DNA from: Calditrichia bacterium
GTDB lineage: Bacteria > Calditrichota > Calditrichia > RBG-13-44-9 > J075
Assembly (NCBI GenBank): GCA_050633245.1
Contig: JBOEGD010000004.1
Location: forward strand, 77,866-141,865
Direction: 5' to 3'
DNA length: 64,000 nucleotides
Every line of letters begins with the position of its first letter. Positions within the stretch are counted from its first letter, which is position 1. Positions 18,371 to 28,219 of this stretch are shown here, one piece after another. Both the position numbers and the translations under genes were made by a program. Below the pieces are notes generated by a model, which saw only the letters and a list, made by a program, of their open reading frames with translations, made no database searches and was not told where the DNA came from.

Positions 18371-19891
18371 TTAAGCTGGAAGACTAAGGCCGGTGTAGAG
18401 AATATAAATGAAGGTCATTAGCAAAAAAAATAGAAGAAATAACACTGCCGATACGGTACAGAGTGCATTAACCCAGTTATTATTGAGCCACTTCCAACCG
18501 CGCTTATAGTCTGTTGTCTTACCGCAATGTGTACGTCTTTCGGTGTCTTTTCCGCATATGGTGCAGGAATACCGTACCTGCACAGTGGCGCCCAACAGAC
18601 TGTCGAATAGACTCGCCAGAAAACCTGCCGCAACCACAAATAAGAACAACTGCCAATCACTGCTTAAATCGCTACTAAAAGGTATTCCGCTCACTGCAAT
18701 TGCCGCTGAACCGGCTAATGAGCTCACTAAACCAATTGTTGTTACGCCACCGGATGTTCCTGCGGGAACCGCTTCGCCATTGGTTATCAGGTAGGGGGTT
18801 TGTTTGGCCAAAGACCCAAGCTCAGTTGCCCAGGTATCTGCTGTTGCTGCAGCCAATGCCGCTAAATAAAGGAAATAGAAAAGCTCATTGGCATAAAACA
18901 TATAGCTTATCATCAGGATTCCTGCAAGACCACCATTGGCGAAGGCCTGTGCATAATCTCGTCTGCTTTCTTTCTCCGCAAGCTCATCCTGCTTCGTCTT
19001 TCTCGCCTTACCAATCTTCGATAATAAACTGGATAGGATGAAAAAAGCCAGAATCGGTATCGTCCATTTCCAACCACCAAAGCCAAATATGGGAACGGCC
19101 AGAAGAAATAGCGCTGTCGCACCGCTGGGGGTCAAAAACCTAAACCTTATGGAAAAACCGGCAGTCAGAAGTGCGTAGACGATTGCCATTGTTAACTGCA
19201 GGTTAGCGGCGTTGTCGTTGCTTAAAAAGAAATATAGAATGATAGCTGTTGAGAAAGGCACGGACAGATTATCGCTACCTTTATGACTAAGTGCTTCTGC
19301 AACGGTTGCGACAACTGCAGTTGCAACGCCAAACCAAAACGAGTGCAGTAAACTAAATTGATAGCCTATTGAGAACGGATCGTAGCGAAGTAACAGAAAG
19401 AGGGTGATGGTAGAAACCAGCAGCATTGCCAAAGAACCCTCAAACGATTTACTATCTTTGATAAGAATGTAGGTTCGAACTTTGGCAAGTCCTTCACCAA
19501 CAATTGCTGCTGCCGCATCTCCAAAAGAAAGCACCAACATGGCGGCAATAATAACAAGCTTGTTCGCCGGAAAACAGAGTAGCAGTAAAACGGCAAATGC
19601 CAGAGGATAAAAGGCTGTTCCATAACTTAGTCGCGTTCCATGCATGCTCTTAAGAAGTCCGCGCCTAAGTGCAAAGAGGTTGACCAGGCCAAATGAGCCG
19701 GCAACCAGAATCATCGCAAGTGCATCGCCCATCAAAGAAACGGCTGACACACTTATTATGCCAACAGATATATGCACAAATTTGCGAGTAAATTCTACCG
19801 ACCAGCCTGCAAATCTGCGCACTATTTCTGCAATAGCAATCATACCAACAATGAGCAAGGCAAGCAGGCTGATGGTTTGCCAGTCCTGCAT
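18371..19891 (-). CDS. Polytopic membrane protein: phytol/dolichol kinase-like (CTP-transferase) domain fused to DUF92 (TMEM19)
   Basis: TRKFVHI, SYGTAFYP, GDAAAAIVG, KSFEGS and GSDNLSVP (kinase-like part). RDYAQAFANG, ADTWATELG, GTSGGVT..G, DSLLGATVQ and LNNNWVN (DUF92 part). Confidence 0.85.
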   Translation of the reverse strand: MQDWQTISLLALLIVGMIAIAEIVRRFAGWSVEFTRKFVHISVGIISVSAVSLMGDALAMILVAGSFGLVNLFALRRGLLKSMHGTRLSYGTAFYPLAFAVLLLLCFPANKLVIIAAMLVLSFGDAAAAIVGEGLAKVRTYILIKDSKSFEGSLAMLLVSTITLFLLLRYDPFSIGYQFSLLHSFWFGVATAVVATVAEALSHKGSDNLSVPFSTAIILYFFLSNDNAANLQLTMAIVYALLTAGFSIRFRFLTPSGATALFLLAVPIFGFGGWKWTIPILAFFILSSLLSKIGKARKTKQDELAEKESRRDYAQAFANGGLAGILMISYMFYANELFYFLYLAALAAATADTWATELGSLAKQTPYLITNGEAVPAGTSGGVTTIGLVSSLAGSAAIAVSGIPFSSDLSSDWQLFLFVVAAGFLASLFDSLLGATVQVRYSCTICGKDTERRTHCGKTTDYKRGWKWLNNNWVNALCTVSAVLFLLFFLLMTFIYILYTGLSLPA

Positions 19892-19892
19892 G

Positions 19893-22532
19893 TTATCCTT
19901 TTACAACGATATTTACCAGTTTATTCGGAACGGCAATGACACGCACAATTTCTTTGCCTTCGATAAGTGTTTTAATTCGCTCATCGCTCATTGCCGCTTC
20001 CTGGAGGGCTTCTTTGGAAAGACCGATATCAACGGTTAAGCGCTGACGCAGTTTACCATTTACCTGAATCACGACTTCAGTGGTGTCCTGCTTCAAATGA
20101 GATGAGTCAAATTTCGGCCAGGCGTGATAAGCAATGCTTTTGTCGGCAGTCTGATTCAGACGTTCATACAGTTCTTCAGCAAGATGCGGTGCAAACGGAC
20201 TTAATGCGACCAGAAACTCATTGACAACAGACTTTGGACATGTAGCCCACTTCATTGCTTCATTCACAAAGGTCATCATTGCTGCAATTGCGGTATTAAA
20301 ACGCATTCCGTCAAGATCTTCGGTCACTTTCTTTAGCATGCTGTGCAGTTGGAAAAACTGTTCCTTATTTGGCTTCTCATCGACAATGCGTTTGTCCAGC
20401 TCGCCATCAAGGTTGATTACCAGGCGCCAGGCACGCTTCAGAAAGCGATGCACACCTTCCACGCCTTTCATACTCCAGGGCTTTACCTGTTCGAGTGGGC
20501 CCATAAACATTTCATAGAGACGTAGCGAGTCGGCACCATACGCCTCAACGACGGTATCCGGATTTATGACATTACCACGACTTTTGCTCATCTTATGTGC
20601 GCGTGCTTCAATGCGGATACTACCATTTTCTTTCCAGACAAAAGAATCACCTTTTTTGTCCACCTCGTCCGCGGTCAGCTTATGAGCCGTTGTGCCGTTA
20701 CCAGTCTCTTCATCTAGATCGCTTTGTTGAACATCTTTAGCTGAAACAGGATTACCGTTGGCATCCTTGTATAGCGTGAATTCCATTTCTCCAAGAATCA
20801 TTCCCTGGTTAACCAGCTTCTGAAATGGCTCGACCGTTGAAACATGTCCTAAATCGTAAAGGACCTTATGCCAGAAGCGCGCATAGAGCAGGTGGAGCAC
20901 CGCGTGTTCGGCGCCGCCCACATACAAATCTACCGGCATCCAGTAATTTTCCTTTTCAGGATCGAGAAACATCTCATCGTTTAGCGGATCAATATAGCGT
21001 AAATAATACCAGCACGATCCTGCCCATTGCGGCATGGTATTGAATTCACGTGTGTAAATCACGCCGTCTTTTTCAATAAATTTCCAACTGTCGGGAGCAC
21101 GTCCAAGCGGTGGCTTTGGCTGTTCATCTTCCTCGAGTGGTGTTGGCTTAAAGTCATCCATCTCAGGAAGCAACAAGGGCAATTTGTCCTCGCTAATAGC
21201 TTCCGATTGTCCATCCGGGTGATGTAGTATCGGGAATGGCTCTCCCCAATAACGTTGGCGGCTGAATAGCCAGTCGCGCAACTTGTAATTTATCTTTCCC
21301 TCACCAATGTCGCCTTTTTCAAGCCAGTCGATCATCTTCCGTTTGGCATCAGCTACATTTAATCCGTTTATGTCCAAGTCGGGTCCGGCAGAATTAACCA
21401 GCGCGCCATCACCACTATAGGCAGCTTCATTTACGTCGCCACCACTGATTACTTCTACAATTGGCAAGTCATACGCCTTGGCAAACTCCCAGTCGCGTTC
21501 ATCGTGGCCGGGAACCGCCATAATAGCTCCGGTGCCATAGCTGGCTAGTACATAATCCGCGATCCAAATTGGAATCTTACCGCCGGTAACCGGATTGATA
21601 GCAAAGGCTCCGGTTGGCACGCCGGTTTTCTCTTTTTGTAGTTCAGTGCGTTCCAGGTCACTTTTCTGTGATGCAGCGGCCTGATACGATTTTAGTGGTG
21701 AACGATGATCGTCTGTGGCAATTTGCTCTACAAGTTCGTGCTCAGGACTGAGAACCATGTATGTAGCACCAAACAGTGTGTCCGGGCGAGTCGTAAACAC
21801 TCGGATCGCTTTATCCTTATGGCCGTCGACAGCAAAAGACACCTCCGCGCCTTCAGATCGTCCTATCCAGTTGCGCTGCATTTCTTTGATGCTTTCCGGC
21901 CAGTCCAGTCCTTCAAGATCGTTAATCAAGCGTTCGGCATATTCGGTTATTTTCAACATCCATTGTCGCATCGGTTTGCGGTATACCGGATGGTTGCCAA
22001 TTTCGCTTCTACCATCGATAACTTCTTCATTTGCAAGCACTGTTCCCAAAGCCGGACACCAGTTGACTGGTACTTCTGCAACATAGGCCAGACCCTTGTG
22101 ATATAACTGTAAGAAGATCCACTGCGTCCATCGATAGTATTTCGGATCTGTCGTATCGACTTCGCGATCCCAGTCGTATGAGAAGCCGAGTGTTTTCAGC
22201 TGCTCACGAAAGCGAATGATATTCTTTTCCGTGGTGATTCTGGGATGGGTGCCCGTTTTAATGGCATACTGTTCGGCCGGCAGGCCGAATGCATCCCAGC
22301 CCATTGGATGAAGCACATTATATCCGCTCATCCTCTTGTAGCGTGCCAGAATGTCGGTTGCAGTGTAACCTTCCGGGTGCCCAACATGAAGTCCTGATCC
22401 GCTGGGGTAGGGGAACATATCAAGTACGTAGTATTTCGGCTTCGTCCGATCGGTATCATCGGTTTTAAACGTTTTATTCTCTTCCCAATGTTTTTGCCAC
22501 TTGGCTTCAATATCCCTGAATGCATACTCCAT
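19893..22532 (-). CDS. leuS: Leucine--tRNA ligase
   Basis: [20 protein letters not shown] editing domain, KMSKS. Likely start ATG 22532 (MEYAF). Confidence 0.98.
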   Translation of the reverse strand: MEYAFRDIEAKWQKHWEENKTFKTDDTDRTKPKYYVLDMFPYPSGSGLHVGHPEGYTATDILARYKRMSGYNVLHPMGWDAFGLPAEQYAIKTGTHPRITTEKNIIRFREQLKTLGFSYDWDREVDTTDPKYYRWTQWIFLQLYHKGLAYVAEVPVNWCPALGTVLANEEVIDGRSEIGNHPVYRKPMRQWMLKITEYAERLINDLEGLDWPESIKEMQRNWIGRSEGAEVSFAVDGHKDKAIRVFTTRPDTLFGATYMVLSPEHELVEQIATDDHRSPLKSYQAAASQKSDLERTELQKEKTGVPTGAFAINPVTGGKIPIWIADYVLASYGTGAIMAVPGHDERDWEFAKAYDLPIVEVISGGDVNEAAYSGDGALVNSAGPDLDINGLNVADAKRKMIDWLEKGDIGEGKINYKLRDWLFSRQRYWGEPFPILHHPDGQSEAISEDKLPLLLPEMDDFKPTPLEEDEQPKPPLGRAPDSWKFIEKDGVIYTREFNTMPQWAGSCWYYLRYIDPLNDEMFLDPEKENYWMPVDLYVGGAEHAVLHLLYARFWHKVLYDLGHVSTVEPFQKLVNQGMILGEMEFTLYKDANGNPVSAKDVQQSDLDEETGNGTTAHKLTADEVDKKGDSFVWKENGSIRIEARAHKMSKSRGNVINPDTVVEAYGADSLRLYEMFMGPLEQVKPWSMKGVEGVHRFLKRAWRLVINLDGELDKRIVDEKPNKEQFFQLHSMLKKVTEDLDGMRFNTAIAAMMTFVNEAMKWATCPKSVVNEFLVALSPFAPHLAEELYERLNQTADKSIAYHAWPKFDSSHLKQDTTEVVIQVNGKLRQRLTVDIGLSKEALQEAAMSDERIKTLIEGKEIVRVIAVPNKLVNIVVKG

Positions 22533-22932
22533 TTCTGCAGTCCCTTTCATACAACCCATATTGGGCATATCGTTTCAGCGTTCGTAAATTTAGAAGCCTT
22601 AAATTTAGCTTTAGTTTACGCTCAAAACAAGGTTTTCGTTTTGTTCTCTGTAAGAGAATTCGGGTTAATATATTGAATTAGAAAGATATTGAAATTGAAC
22701 GGAAACCTAATTGTATCGAGACAGTATATATCGTAGATGAAAACCAAAAAAAGAACGCCCCCGAGTTGGGTGAGTGGAGTTGTTAGAAAATTTTGTATGT
22801 AATGTGATGCCCATCGAAGCAATTATTATATAAAGTTAATAATTTTTCAAAAAAATGACTCTTACTTGAGAATACCACAGTAGAAGATTACTCTTCTACA
22901 TATGCACCGCACGATAAATTCGGAGAATCACC

Positions 22933-23121
22933 GTGATCCGTTTAATAAAGCCCGTACGCATAGAAATACGTAAAATTGAGTATGAAAATGACAAGTATAT
23001 CCTGGTTGAACATGATGGTCATACCGCGTGGTTGCGCAAGTCGCAAATTCGCATTATTGATACAAATGATTTGACTACTACGATTGAAATCCCCCGCAGG
23101 TATTATCAAAAGAAATTCTGA
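22933..23121 (+). CDS. Small hypothetical protein (62 aa, beta-rich)
   Basis: GGAGAA RBS before GTG. The pattern YENDKYILV..WLRKSQI..IEIP looks like a real protein. Directly upstream of 23147. Confidence 0.6.
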   Translation: MIRLIKPVRIEIRKIEYENDKYILVEHDGHTAWLRKSQIRIIDTNDLTTTIEIPRRYYQKKF

Positions 23122-23146
23122 TATCGTTTTTCAGTGAGGAGGCGAC

Positions 23147-24847
23147 ATGCCGGTGGCAATACTCATATTGCTCCTCACGTCCCCACTTTTTTCACAGCAA
23201 TTGCAGTTCAGCGAAGTGATGTTCGATCCCATCGGTTCTGAGCAAACCGATGAATTTATTGAGTTCTATAACGGAAGCTCGATGATTGTTGATCTTAACG
23301 GTTGGTCTATTGCCGATTCGCTAAGCAGCGATTTAATTATTCGTCGTCCGGCTGAAAGCACGCTTCTCCATCCAGGTGAATACATGCTGCTGTTTGATGC
23401 AAGCTATTTTGAACAGACAGCCGGCAGCTATGATTCACTGATTCCTGCCTCCGCAGTGGTAGCGCAGATTGATGGTGCAACATTTGGTAGTGGAGGACTT
23501 ACAAACTCTCGCTCTAAAACCATATTTCTTATCGATGCCTTGCAGGATACAATAACAGCCTATCGCTATTCCAAGGGAAATGCCCCTGGATTCAGCGATG
23601 AAAAGATAGACTTGGCTGGAAGTGATTTGCCAGAAAATTGGAGCAATAGTGCAAATCTGAATGGAACTCCGGGATTTTTAAACTCACGGGCAATTAGAGA
23701 GATCGACCTTTCTTTAAAAGGACTAACACCTCTCGACAGTCTGTTGCTCTCTGAGCAACGCCTGACCTTTGCATTAGAACTAAGCAATCGTGGACGATTG
23801 TCAATTCCTCAGGCGGAACTTCTTGTTTTTCAGGATTCCGATCGAAACGAGCTTTTCACTGAAAACGAAATGGGACGCATTATAATTCAACAAAACCTTC
23901 CGGCGCCGGGTGATAGTCTGACTATTTATGTTGATTTTGAAAATGTTCAGGCCGGGCGAACGCAGCTTTGCGTGCAGTCCAAAGTTTTCTCCTCCGATAC
24001 GATAAGCTCGGTAACATGTTGGGAAGGTGTCATCGATGATATTCGCGCTCAAGTTGTCATCAATGAAATTATGGCAGTTCCGGAAGGTAGCAGGGAAGAG
24101 TGGGTTGAAATTGTAAATGCCGGTATCAATCCAATTGATTTGTCAACCCTGTCTTTTAGTGATGCGAGCAACGTGACCAATTTACCAAGGTATATATTGT
24201 TACCAGATGAGCTTGTCGTTTTGTGCGGAGATCAATCTGCAATTAACGATTATCGGATAGCTCCTGAGAGAGTTCTTGTTTTGGAAAGCTTCCCGTCATT
24301 GAACAATGCGTCTGATAACTTATTTCTTAGTGGGCTTGGCGGTTGGCACTACGATCGGGTGGAATATGCTGAGGAGTGGTTTCGCCGAGAAGTGGATGCC
24401 GGAATATCGTTGGAAAAATTTAACCCGAAATTTAATGGAAAGCTGGAACAAAGCTGGAGCGCAAGTGTTTCGTCGGCGGGACACTCTGCCGGTTTGCAAA
24501 ATTCTATTTATCTAAAGGTATTACCAGAGACAAGCAGACTTAGTTTTCAGCCGAACCCCTTTTCACCAGACGGTGATGGATTAGAAGACGTCTGCCTGAT
24601 TCGCTATCGTTTGCCAGAGACTACGGCATTTGTTGCACTGCGCATCTATGATTTGCGAGGTCGTCTAGTTCAAATGTTGCTCGACGGCAATCCATCTGCC
24701 AGTGAGGGTGATGTACTGTGGGATGGCAAGGATTCACAAGGGCGAGCTGCACGTAGCGGAGTTTATATTGTGTTAATGGAAGCCATAAATCAAGAGTCTG
24801 GAGCACTGCATCAGGAGAAACGAAGCGTGGTTTTAGTTCGACGTTGA
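23147..24847 (+). CDS. Secreted lamin-tail-domain (LTD) protein with CARDB-like and C-terminal FlgD/CHU_C-like sorting domain
   Basis: GAGGAGG RBS and signal peptide. Two LTD motifs (FSEVMFDP..DEFIEFYN; INEIMAVP..EEWVEIVN), GTPG.NS, and C-terminal PNPFSPDGDG..WDGKD..SGVYIV. Confidence 0.85.
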   Translation: MPVAILILLLTSPLFSQQLQFSEVMFDPIGSEQTDEFIEFYNGSSMIVDLNGWSIADSLSSDLIIRRPAESTLLHPGEYMLLFDASYFEQTAGSYDSLIPASAVVAQIDGATFGSGGLTNSRSKTIFLIDALQDTITAYRYSKGNAPGFSDEKIDLAGSDLPENWSNSANLNGTPGFLNSRAIREIDLSLKGLTPLDSLLLSEQRLTFALELSNRGRLSIPQAELLVFQDSDRNELFTENEMGRIIIQQNLPAPGDSLTIYVDFENVQAGRTQLCVQSKVFSSDTISSVTCWEGVIDDIRAQVVINEIMAVPEGSREEWVEIVNAGINPIDLSTLSFSDASNVTNLPRYILLPDELVVLCGDQSAINDYRIAPERVLVLESFPSLNNASDNLFLSGLGGWHYDRVEYAEEWFRREVDAGISLEKFNPKFNGKLEQSWSASVSSAGHSAGLQNSIYLKVLPETSRLSFQPNPFSPDGDGLEDVCLIRYRLPETTAFVALRIYDLRGRLVQMLLDGNPSASEGDVLWDGKDSQGRAARSGVYIVLMEAINQESGALHQEKRSVVLVRR

Positions 24848-25024
24848 GCTTTTTGACAAAAGAAATGCTTGAAATGAGCAAAAAGATGTCCAAAAGCGGC
24901 ATATTTTTTATCACAGGGCTTGAACATTTGGGTGGATTTTTGCTATGTTGTAGTAGAGAGGCTGATGTATCAATGCCCTTGCTAATCCTCGAAAGAAACT
25001 ATACCCATTTTCGGAGTGCCCTCC

Positions 25025-25249
25025 ATGAATGCTTCGCAAAGCTGGTCGATTGAATACAATCATAACAGTGGCTCATTTCACCTTGGTCGTACTGGTGAAA
25101 TGCTCAATCGCAACGTTACTGCCGTAGATATTGGTCGCGCAGTAGAATTTGTTTGCATTGGAATTTTCCAAACGAAAGAACAGGCAGAGACTGCAATGCT
25201 TGAGTTTCGCCGTAAGCGTAAGCCATGTAAAACGATTGCAATGCTCTAG
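25025..25249 (+). CDS. Small hypothetical protein (74 aa)
   Basis: GGAG 8 nt upstream of ATG 25025. Protein-like sequence WSIEYN..FH..EMLNRN..IGIFQTKEQAE. Confidence 0.55.
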   Translation: MNASQSWSIEYNHNSGSFHLGRTGEMLNRNVTAVDIGRAVEFVCIGIFQTKEQAETAMLEFRRKRKPCKTIAML

Positions 25250-25339
25250 GACATTTCGAGCACCGCTCTTTCGATGTCATTCTAACTGATTTTTCAATCA
25301 GAACACTTACCTATTTTGTTCTCTACATTTTTTATACCT

Positions 25340-25442
25340 AAAAAAACGAACCTCCTCTAAAAAGAGAAGGTTCGCGATGTGAAGTGTTTCGGGGGGGAAA
25401 CACTCAGGGGAAGCTTGCGCTTCTAGATATACATGTTGGTGC
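25340..25442 (-). ncRNA. Candidate ~100-nt sigma54-dependent small RNA
   Basis: On the - strand: a GAAGC-GCAA-GCUUC GNRA hairpin, an AGUGUUUC-CCCCCC-GAAACACU hairpin, and a 12-bp terminator stem with a G-U pair followed by U7. A -24/-12 motif lies immediately upstream. Confidence 0.55.
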
Positions 25443-25452
25443 TTATCTAAGA

Positions 25453-25468
25453 TTCAATTGTCATGCCA
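25453..25468 (-). promoter_or_regulatory. Sigma54 (-24/-12) promoter-like motif
   Basis: TGGCATG-ACAA-TTGAA versus consensus TGGCACG-N4-TTGCW. GG-N10-GA spacing is exact, predicting +1 near 25442. Confidence 0.55.
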
Positions 25469-25623
25469 AAAATAGTGTTGTGGGAAAATAAGGTTTTGTT
25501 AAGTATAGACTTAGGAGCTTTTTTTCCGGTTCCGGAGACTTCTACTGTTGAAAACTGCTGAGGGATTTCACTTGAGGGCAGGGGAAATGGCACAGTAAAA
25601 AATGCGGAGCTAGCCGAATATCG

Positions 25624-26532
25624 CTAAATCTCGATAATGGAGCCTTCCTGTGCGGCGTTACAGGGAATAGCATAATTATGTTTTTTCAAGCGCTCTCGGC
25701 TTTGTGCTTCCAGTCGATCTATGGTGTCGTCATCATGATCGGGGTCATGATGAAATAAAATAAGCTGCTTCACTCGTCCTTTTCGCGCAATATCGCATGA
25801 GTACGTATAGGGAGAGTGACCCCAGCTTACTCTTTCTTTATATTCTTCAGGAAAATACTGCGTGTCATGAATTAGCAGATCGGTTTCACTTATAAAGTTG
25901 ATTAACTCTTCTTCTTTGTTGTCTGCAAAGTTTTCAAACCGATCTTCTAGTGAATCTCCGCTAAAAAGCCCTTCATTTTGATCGTCGAGGCGACGGTAGG
26001 GTTCATTGTCGCTTATGTATACCACAGATTTTCCCTTATAGTTAAAGCGAAATCCGAGCGTATAGCCGGGGTGATTCAAAAATTTAGTTTGAACATGCAC
26101 GCCTTCGACGTCGAATTCACTTTCCAGTATTGAGCGAAATTCCATACGCGCTGCCATATCATCAACTGCAACGGGAAAGTAAATGGGATTCATTTGCATC
26201 GAGATAATATTGGATAGGTCGACACTTGGTTCATCACAACCAAAGACAACAAATTTATTGCCGGGGACAAATGCCGGTTTAAAGAAGGGGAGACCCTGAA
26301 TATGATCCCAGTGAAAGTGACTGAGGAAAATATACGCGTTGTGCGGACCTGGCTTTTCTTCCATTTCCTTAGCCAATTCGCGGATACCGGTTCCGGCGTC
26401 CACGATAAAGGGGGGCATGTCGGGAAAGCGAATCTCTACGCAGGACGTATTGCCACCGTAGCGCAATGTTCTTGGGCCGGGAGTGGGGATAGATCCTCGC
26501 ACACCCCAGAATTTAATTCGTATAGGAGCCAT
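25624..26532 (-). CDS. MBL-fold metallohydrolase (ribonuclease Z / cyclic-nucleotide phosphodiesterase-like)
   Basis: FWGVRGSIPTPG..YGGNTSCVE, DAGTG, SHFHWDHIQG, HPG, SWGHS and FHHDP. Confidence 0.92.
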   Translation of the reverse strand: MAPIRIKFWGVRGSIPTPGPRTLRYGGNTSCVEIRFPDMPPFIVDAGTGIRELAKEMEEKPGPHNAYIFLSHFHWDHIQGLPFFKPAFVPGNKFVVFGCDEPSVDLSNIISMQMNPIYFPVAVDDMAARMEFRSILESEFDVEGVHVQTKFLNHPGYTLGFRFNYKGKSVVYISDNEPYRRLDDQNEGLFSGDSLEDRFENFADNKEEELINFISETDLLIHDTQYFPEEYKERVSWGHSPYTYSCDIARKGRVKQLILFHHDPDHDDDTIDRLEAQSRERLKKHNYAIPCNAAQEGSIIEI

Positions 26533-26995
26533 TTTGGAGTGGGTAGACGAGTTCCCTAATCTTTGTGATAAGCATGTTCGCTCTGGTGGGTTTTATAAAG
26601 AACGCATCTGCGCCGAGTTCCAAAGCTTTTCGACGATCTGACTCATACATCTTACCGGAATAAATTATTACTCGTGTTCCGCGCATGTCAGGCGAGCTTT
26701 TTATCTCTTTACAGAGACGCAATCCATCAATCTGCGGCATCATTAGATCCAGAATAACTACCTTCGGACGATGCGCCTGAATTGTGCGTAGTGCTTTCAT
26801 GCTGTTGGTCTCAAATTGTGCCTTGAAGCCATATTCCTCTACCAAAAGTTTGGTGAGGTGTGCTTGTTCGAGATTATCTTCAACAATCAATACATCGTAG
26901 AAGCTGGATTGATTACTCATCTCTTTAGACTCGACCGTAAAATGTTTTACTTCCTTGTTCATTTTGCGTAACTCCGTTTTGTCAGCAAAGGCCAT
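26513..26995 (-). CDS. Response regulator receiver domain protein
   Basis: VLIVED, ILDLMMPQIDG and FFIKP. Start may be 26920. Overlaps the MBL gene by 20 bp. Confidence 0.9.
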   Translation of the reverse strand: MAFADKTELRKMNKEVKHFTVESKEMSNQSSFYDVLIVEDNLEQAHLTKLLVEEYGFKAQFETNSMKALRTIQAHRPKVVILDLMMPQIDGLRLCKEIKSSPDMRGTRVIIYSGKMYESDRRKALELGADAFFIKPTRANMLITKIRELVYPLQNGSYTN

Positions 26996-27200
26996 CTTAA
27001 ACTAGTTATCGTCACTTATTTCTTCTATCTGAAAGGTGATATTCTGAAAGAATTGCTAGAATTCAGTGTAGACAATATTCTATATCCCAACCCAGAAGGC
27101 ATCAAGCTTAGATAAGCTCAGATGGTTTAAATAAGGTATTGTACCACTAAGGGGAATCTGTTGATTAAAGTCACAACTGTTTTAGGGAAACTTTAATGCT

Positions 27201-27692
27201 TTATTTGGGTGGTTCTTGTGCAACTGTATGAGATAGAGAAATTGCGGGTGAGGTTCTGTTAAGGACTATTAGCCCAATTGACAGGAGAAAGAGTAAAACA
27301 TTCTGCATTAGCTTGCCAAGGCTGAGCTTTGAACCGCTCTCAGCGGCAAAACAACCGCAGTTAATATCGAGTCCTCGAAAATAACCCTGAGCAACGGCTG
27401 TCAGGAAAACTGCCATGAGAAGCGCGTTCAAATACGACGTTTCTTTTGGCCAAAATCCTACAATCAGGCAAACGCCCAAAATGGCCTCCAGATAAGGAAT
27501 CCAGATAGCTAACCAGCGAGAGGCTGTTGGACCCAACATGCGATAATTCTCTATAGACTGTGCAAATGCCGTGGGGTGTAAAACCTTATCATAGGCTGCA
27601 AATAACAGCAGGCCTGCAAAGAATAAGCGCAATATCGTATAGATCAAGCCATCGCGACGGACAATCATTAATAGTGAATTGAGATTGATCAT
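27201..27692 (-). CDS. MauE/DoxX family redox-associated membrane protein
   Basis: AAYDKV..P..FA..I.NY, PYLE, RGLDINCGCF. Confidence 0.88.
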   Translation of the reverse strand: MINLNSLLMIVRRDGLIYTILRLFFAGLLLFAAYDKVLHPTAFAQSIENYRMLGPTASRWLAIWIPYLEAILGVCLIVGFWPKETSYLNALLMAVFLTAVAQGYFRGLDINCGCFAAESGSKLSLGKLMQNVLLFLLSIGLIVLNRTSPAISLSHTVAQEPPK

Positions 27693-28165
27693 GGCAGGTT
27701 ACCTTCAGGTGTCTCGAGAGGATAGCCTCGTTCGAGCCATGCGGCAAAACCGCCATATAAGATGTGAACGTCGCTGAATCCTGAAGAGAGCATCTCTCCG
27801 GCAAGTATTGCTGCATCTGTTGCCGAATCGTCAAATGTGTAGAGGATGTAGGTCTGCTCTTTCTGCAGGCTGTCGAGTTGGGTCTCGCCAGTATAATACT
27901 TCATCAATTCTAAAGACATTGCACTAGGAATGTGGTCAATTTGCCATTCTTCCGCGGGGCGATTATCTAAAAAGGCAGCTGAGTTGTCAAGAAGCTTCTG
28001 AAATGCACTGTCGGCACTAATTATTAGTACCTCATTGGGAGTAGGTGAAAGGCTTGGTTTGAGTAACTTGGGATGAATTCCTTCCGGATGCATAGAGTTT
28101 ATGGTTAACCCCAAAAGTAGAGGGCCAAAAAGTAAAAGCAAAGCTCTTTTCGCAGAGGAACTCAT
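27689..28165 (-). CDS. Rhodanese-like domain protein, non-catalytic (no active-site Cys)
   Basis: N-terminal TM, FLDNRP..EW..DHIPSA and LYGGFAAW..GYP. The active-site loop reads ILYTFDD rather than YC. Confidence 0.8.
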   Translation of the reverse strand: MSSSAKRALLLLFGPLLLGLTINSMHPEGIHPKLLKPSLSPTPNEVLIISADSAFQKLLDNSAAFLDNRPAEEWQIDHIPSAMSLELMKYYTGETQLDSLQKEQTYILYTFDDSATDAAILAGEMLSSGFSDVHILYGGFAAWLERGYPLETPEGNLP

Positions 28166-28181
28166 GTAATTAGCGGATTGC

Positions 28182-28214
28182 TTTTTCCGATGCGTCTAAC
28201 GCGCATCGGAAAAA
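28182..28214. terminator. 13-bp stem-loop, possible bidirectional terminator or mRNA stabiliser
   Basis: TTTTTCCGATGCG-N7-CGCATCGGAAAAA. Confidence 0.55.
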
Positions 28215-28219
28215 TAGTG

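Noticed and set aside
22740-22850. Possible T-box, leader or sRNA upstream of leuS
   Set aside because: There is a C-rich stretch and a U-tract on the - strand, but only a weak 4-bp stem and no T-box (UGGNACC) motif.
24844-25053. 69-aa ORF after the LTD gene
   Set aside because: TTG start with no RBS, no protein-like motif, and it overlaps the better-supported 25025 ORF.
25588-25606. Second sigma54 motif TGGCAC on the + strand
   Set aside because: Spacing to the next TGC is wrong, and it would point into the 3' end of a convergent gene.
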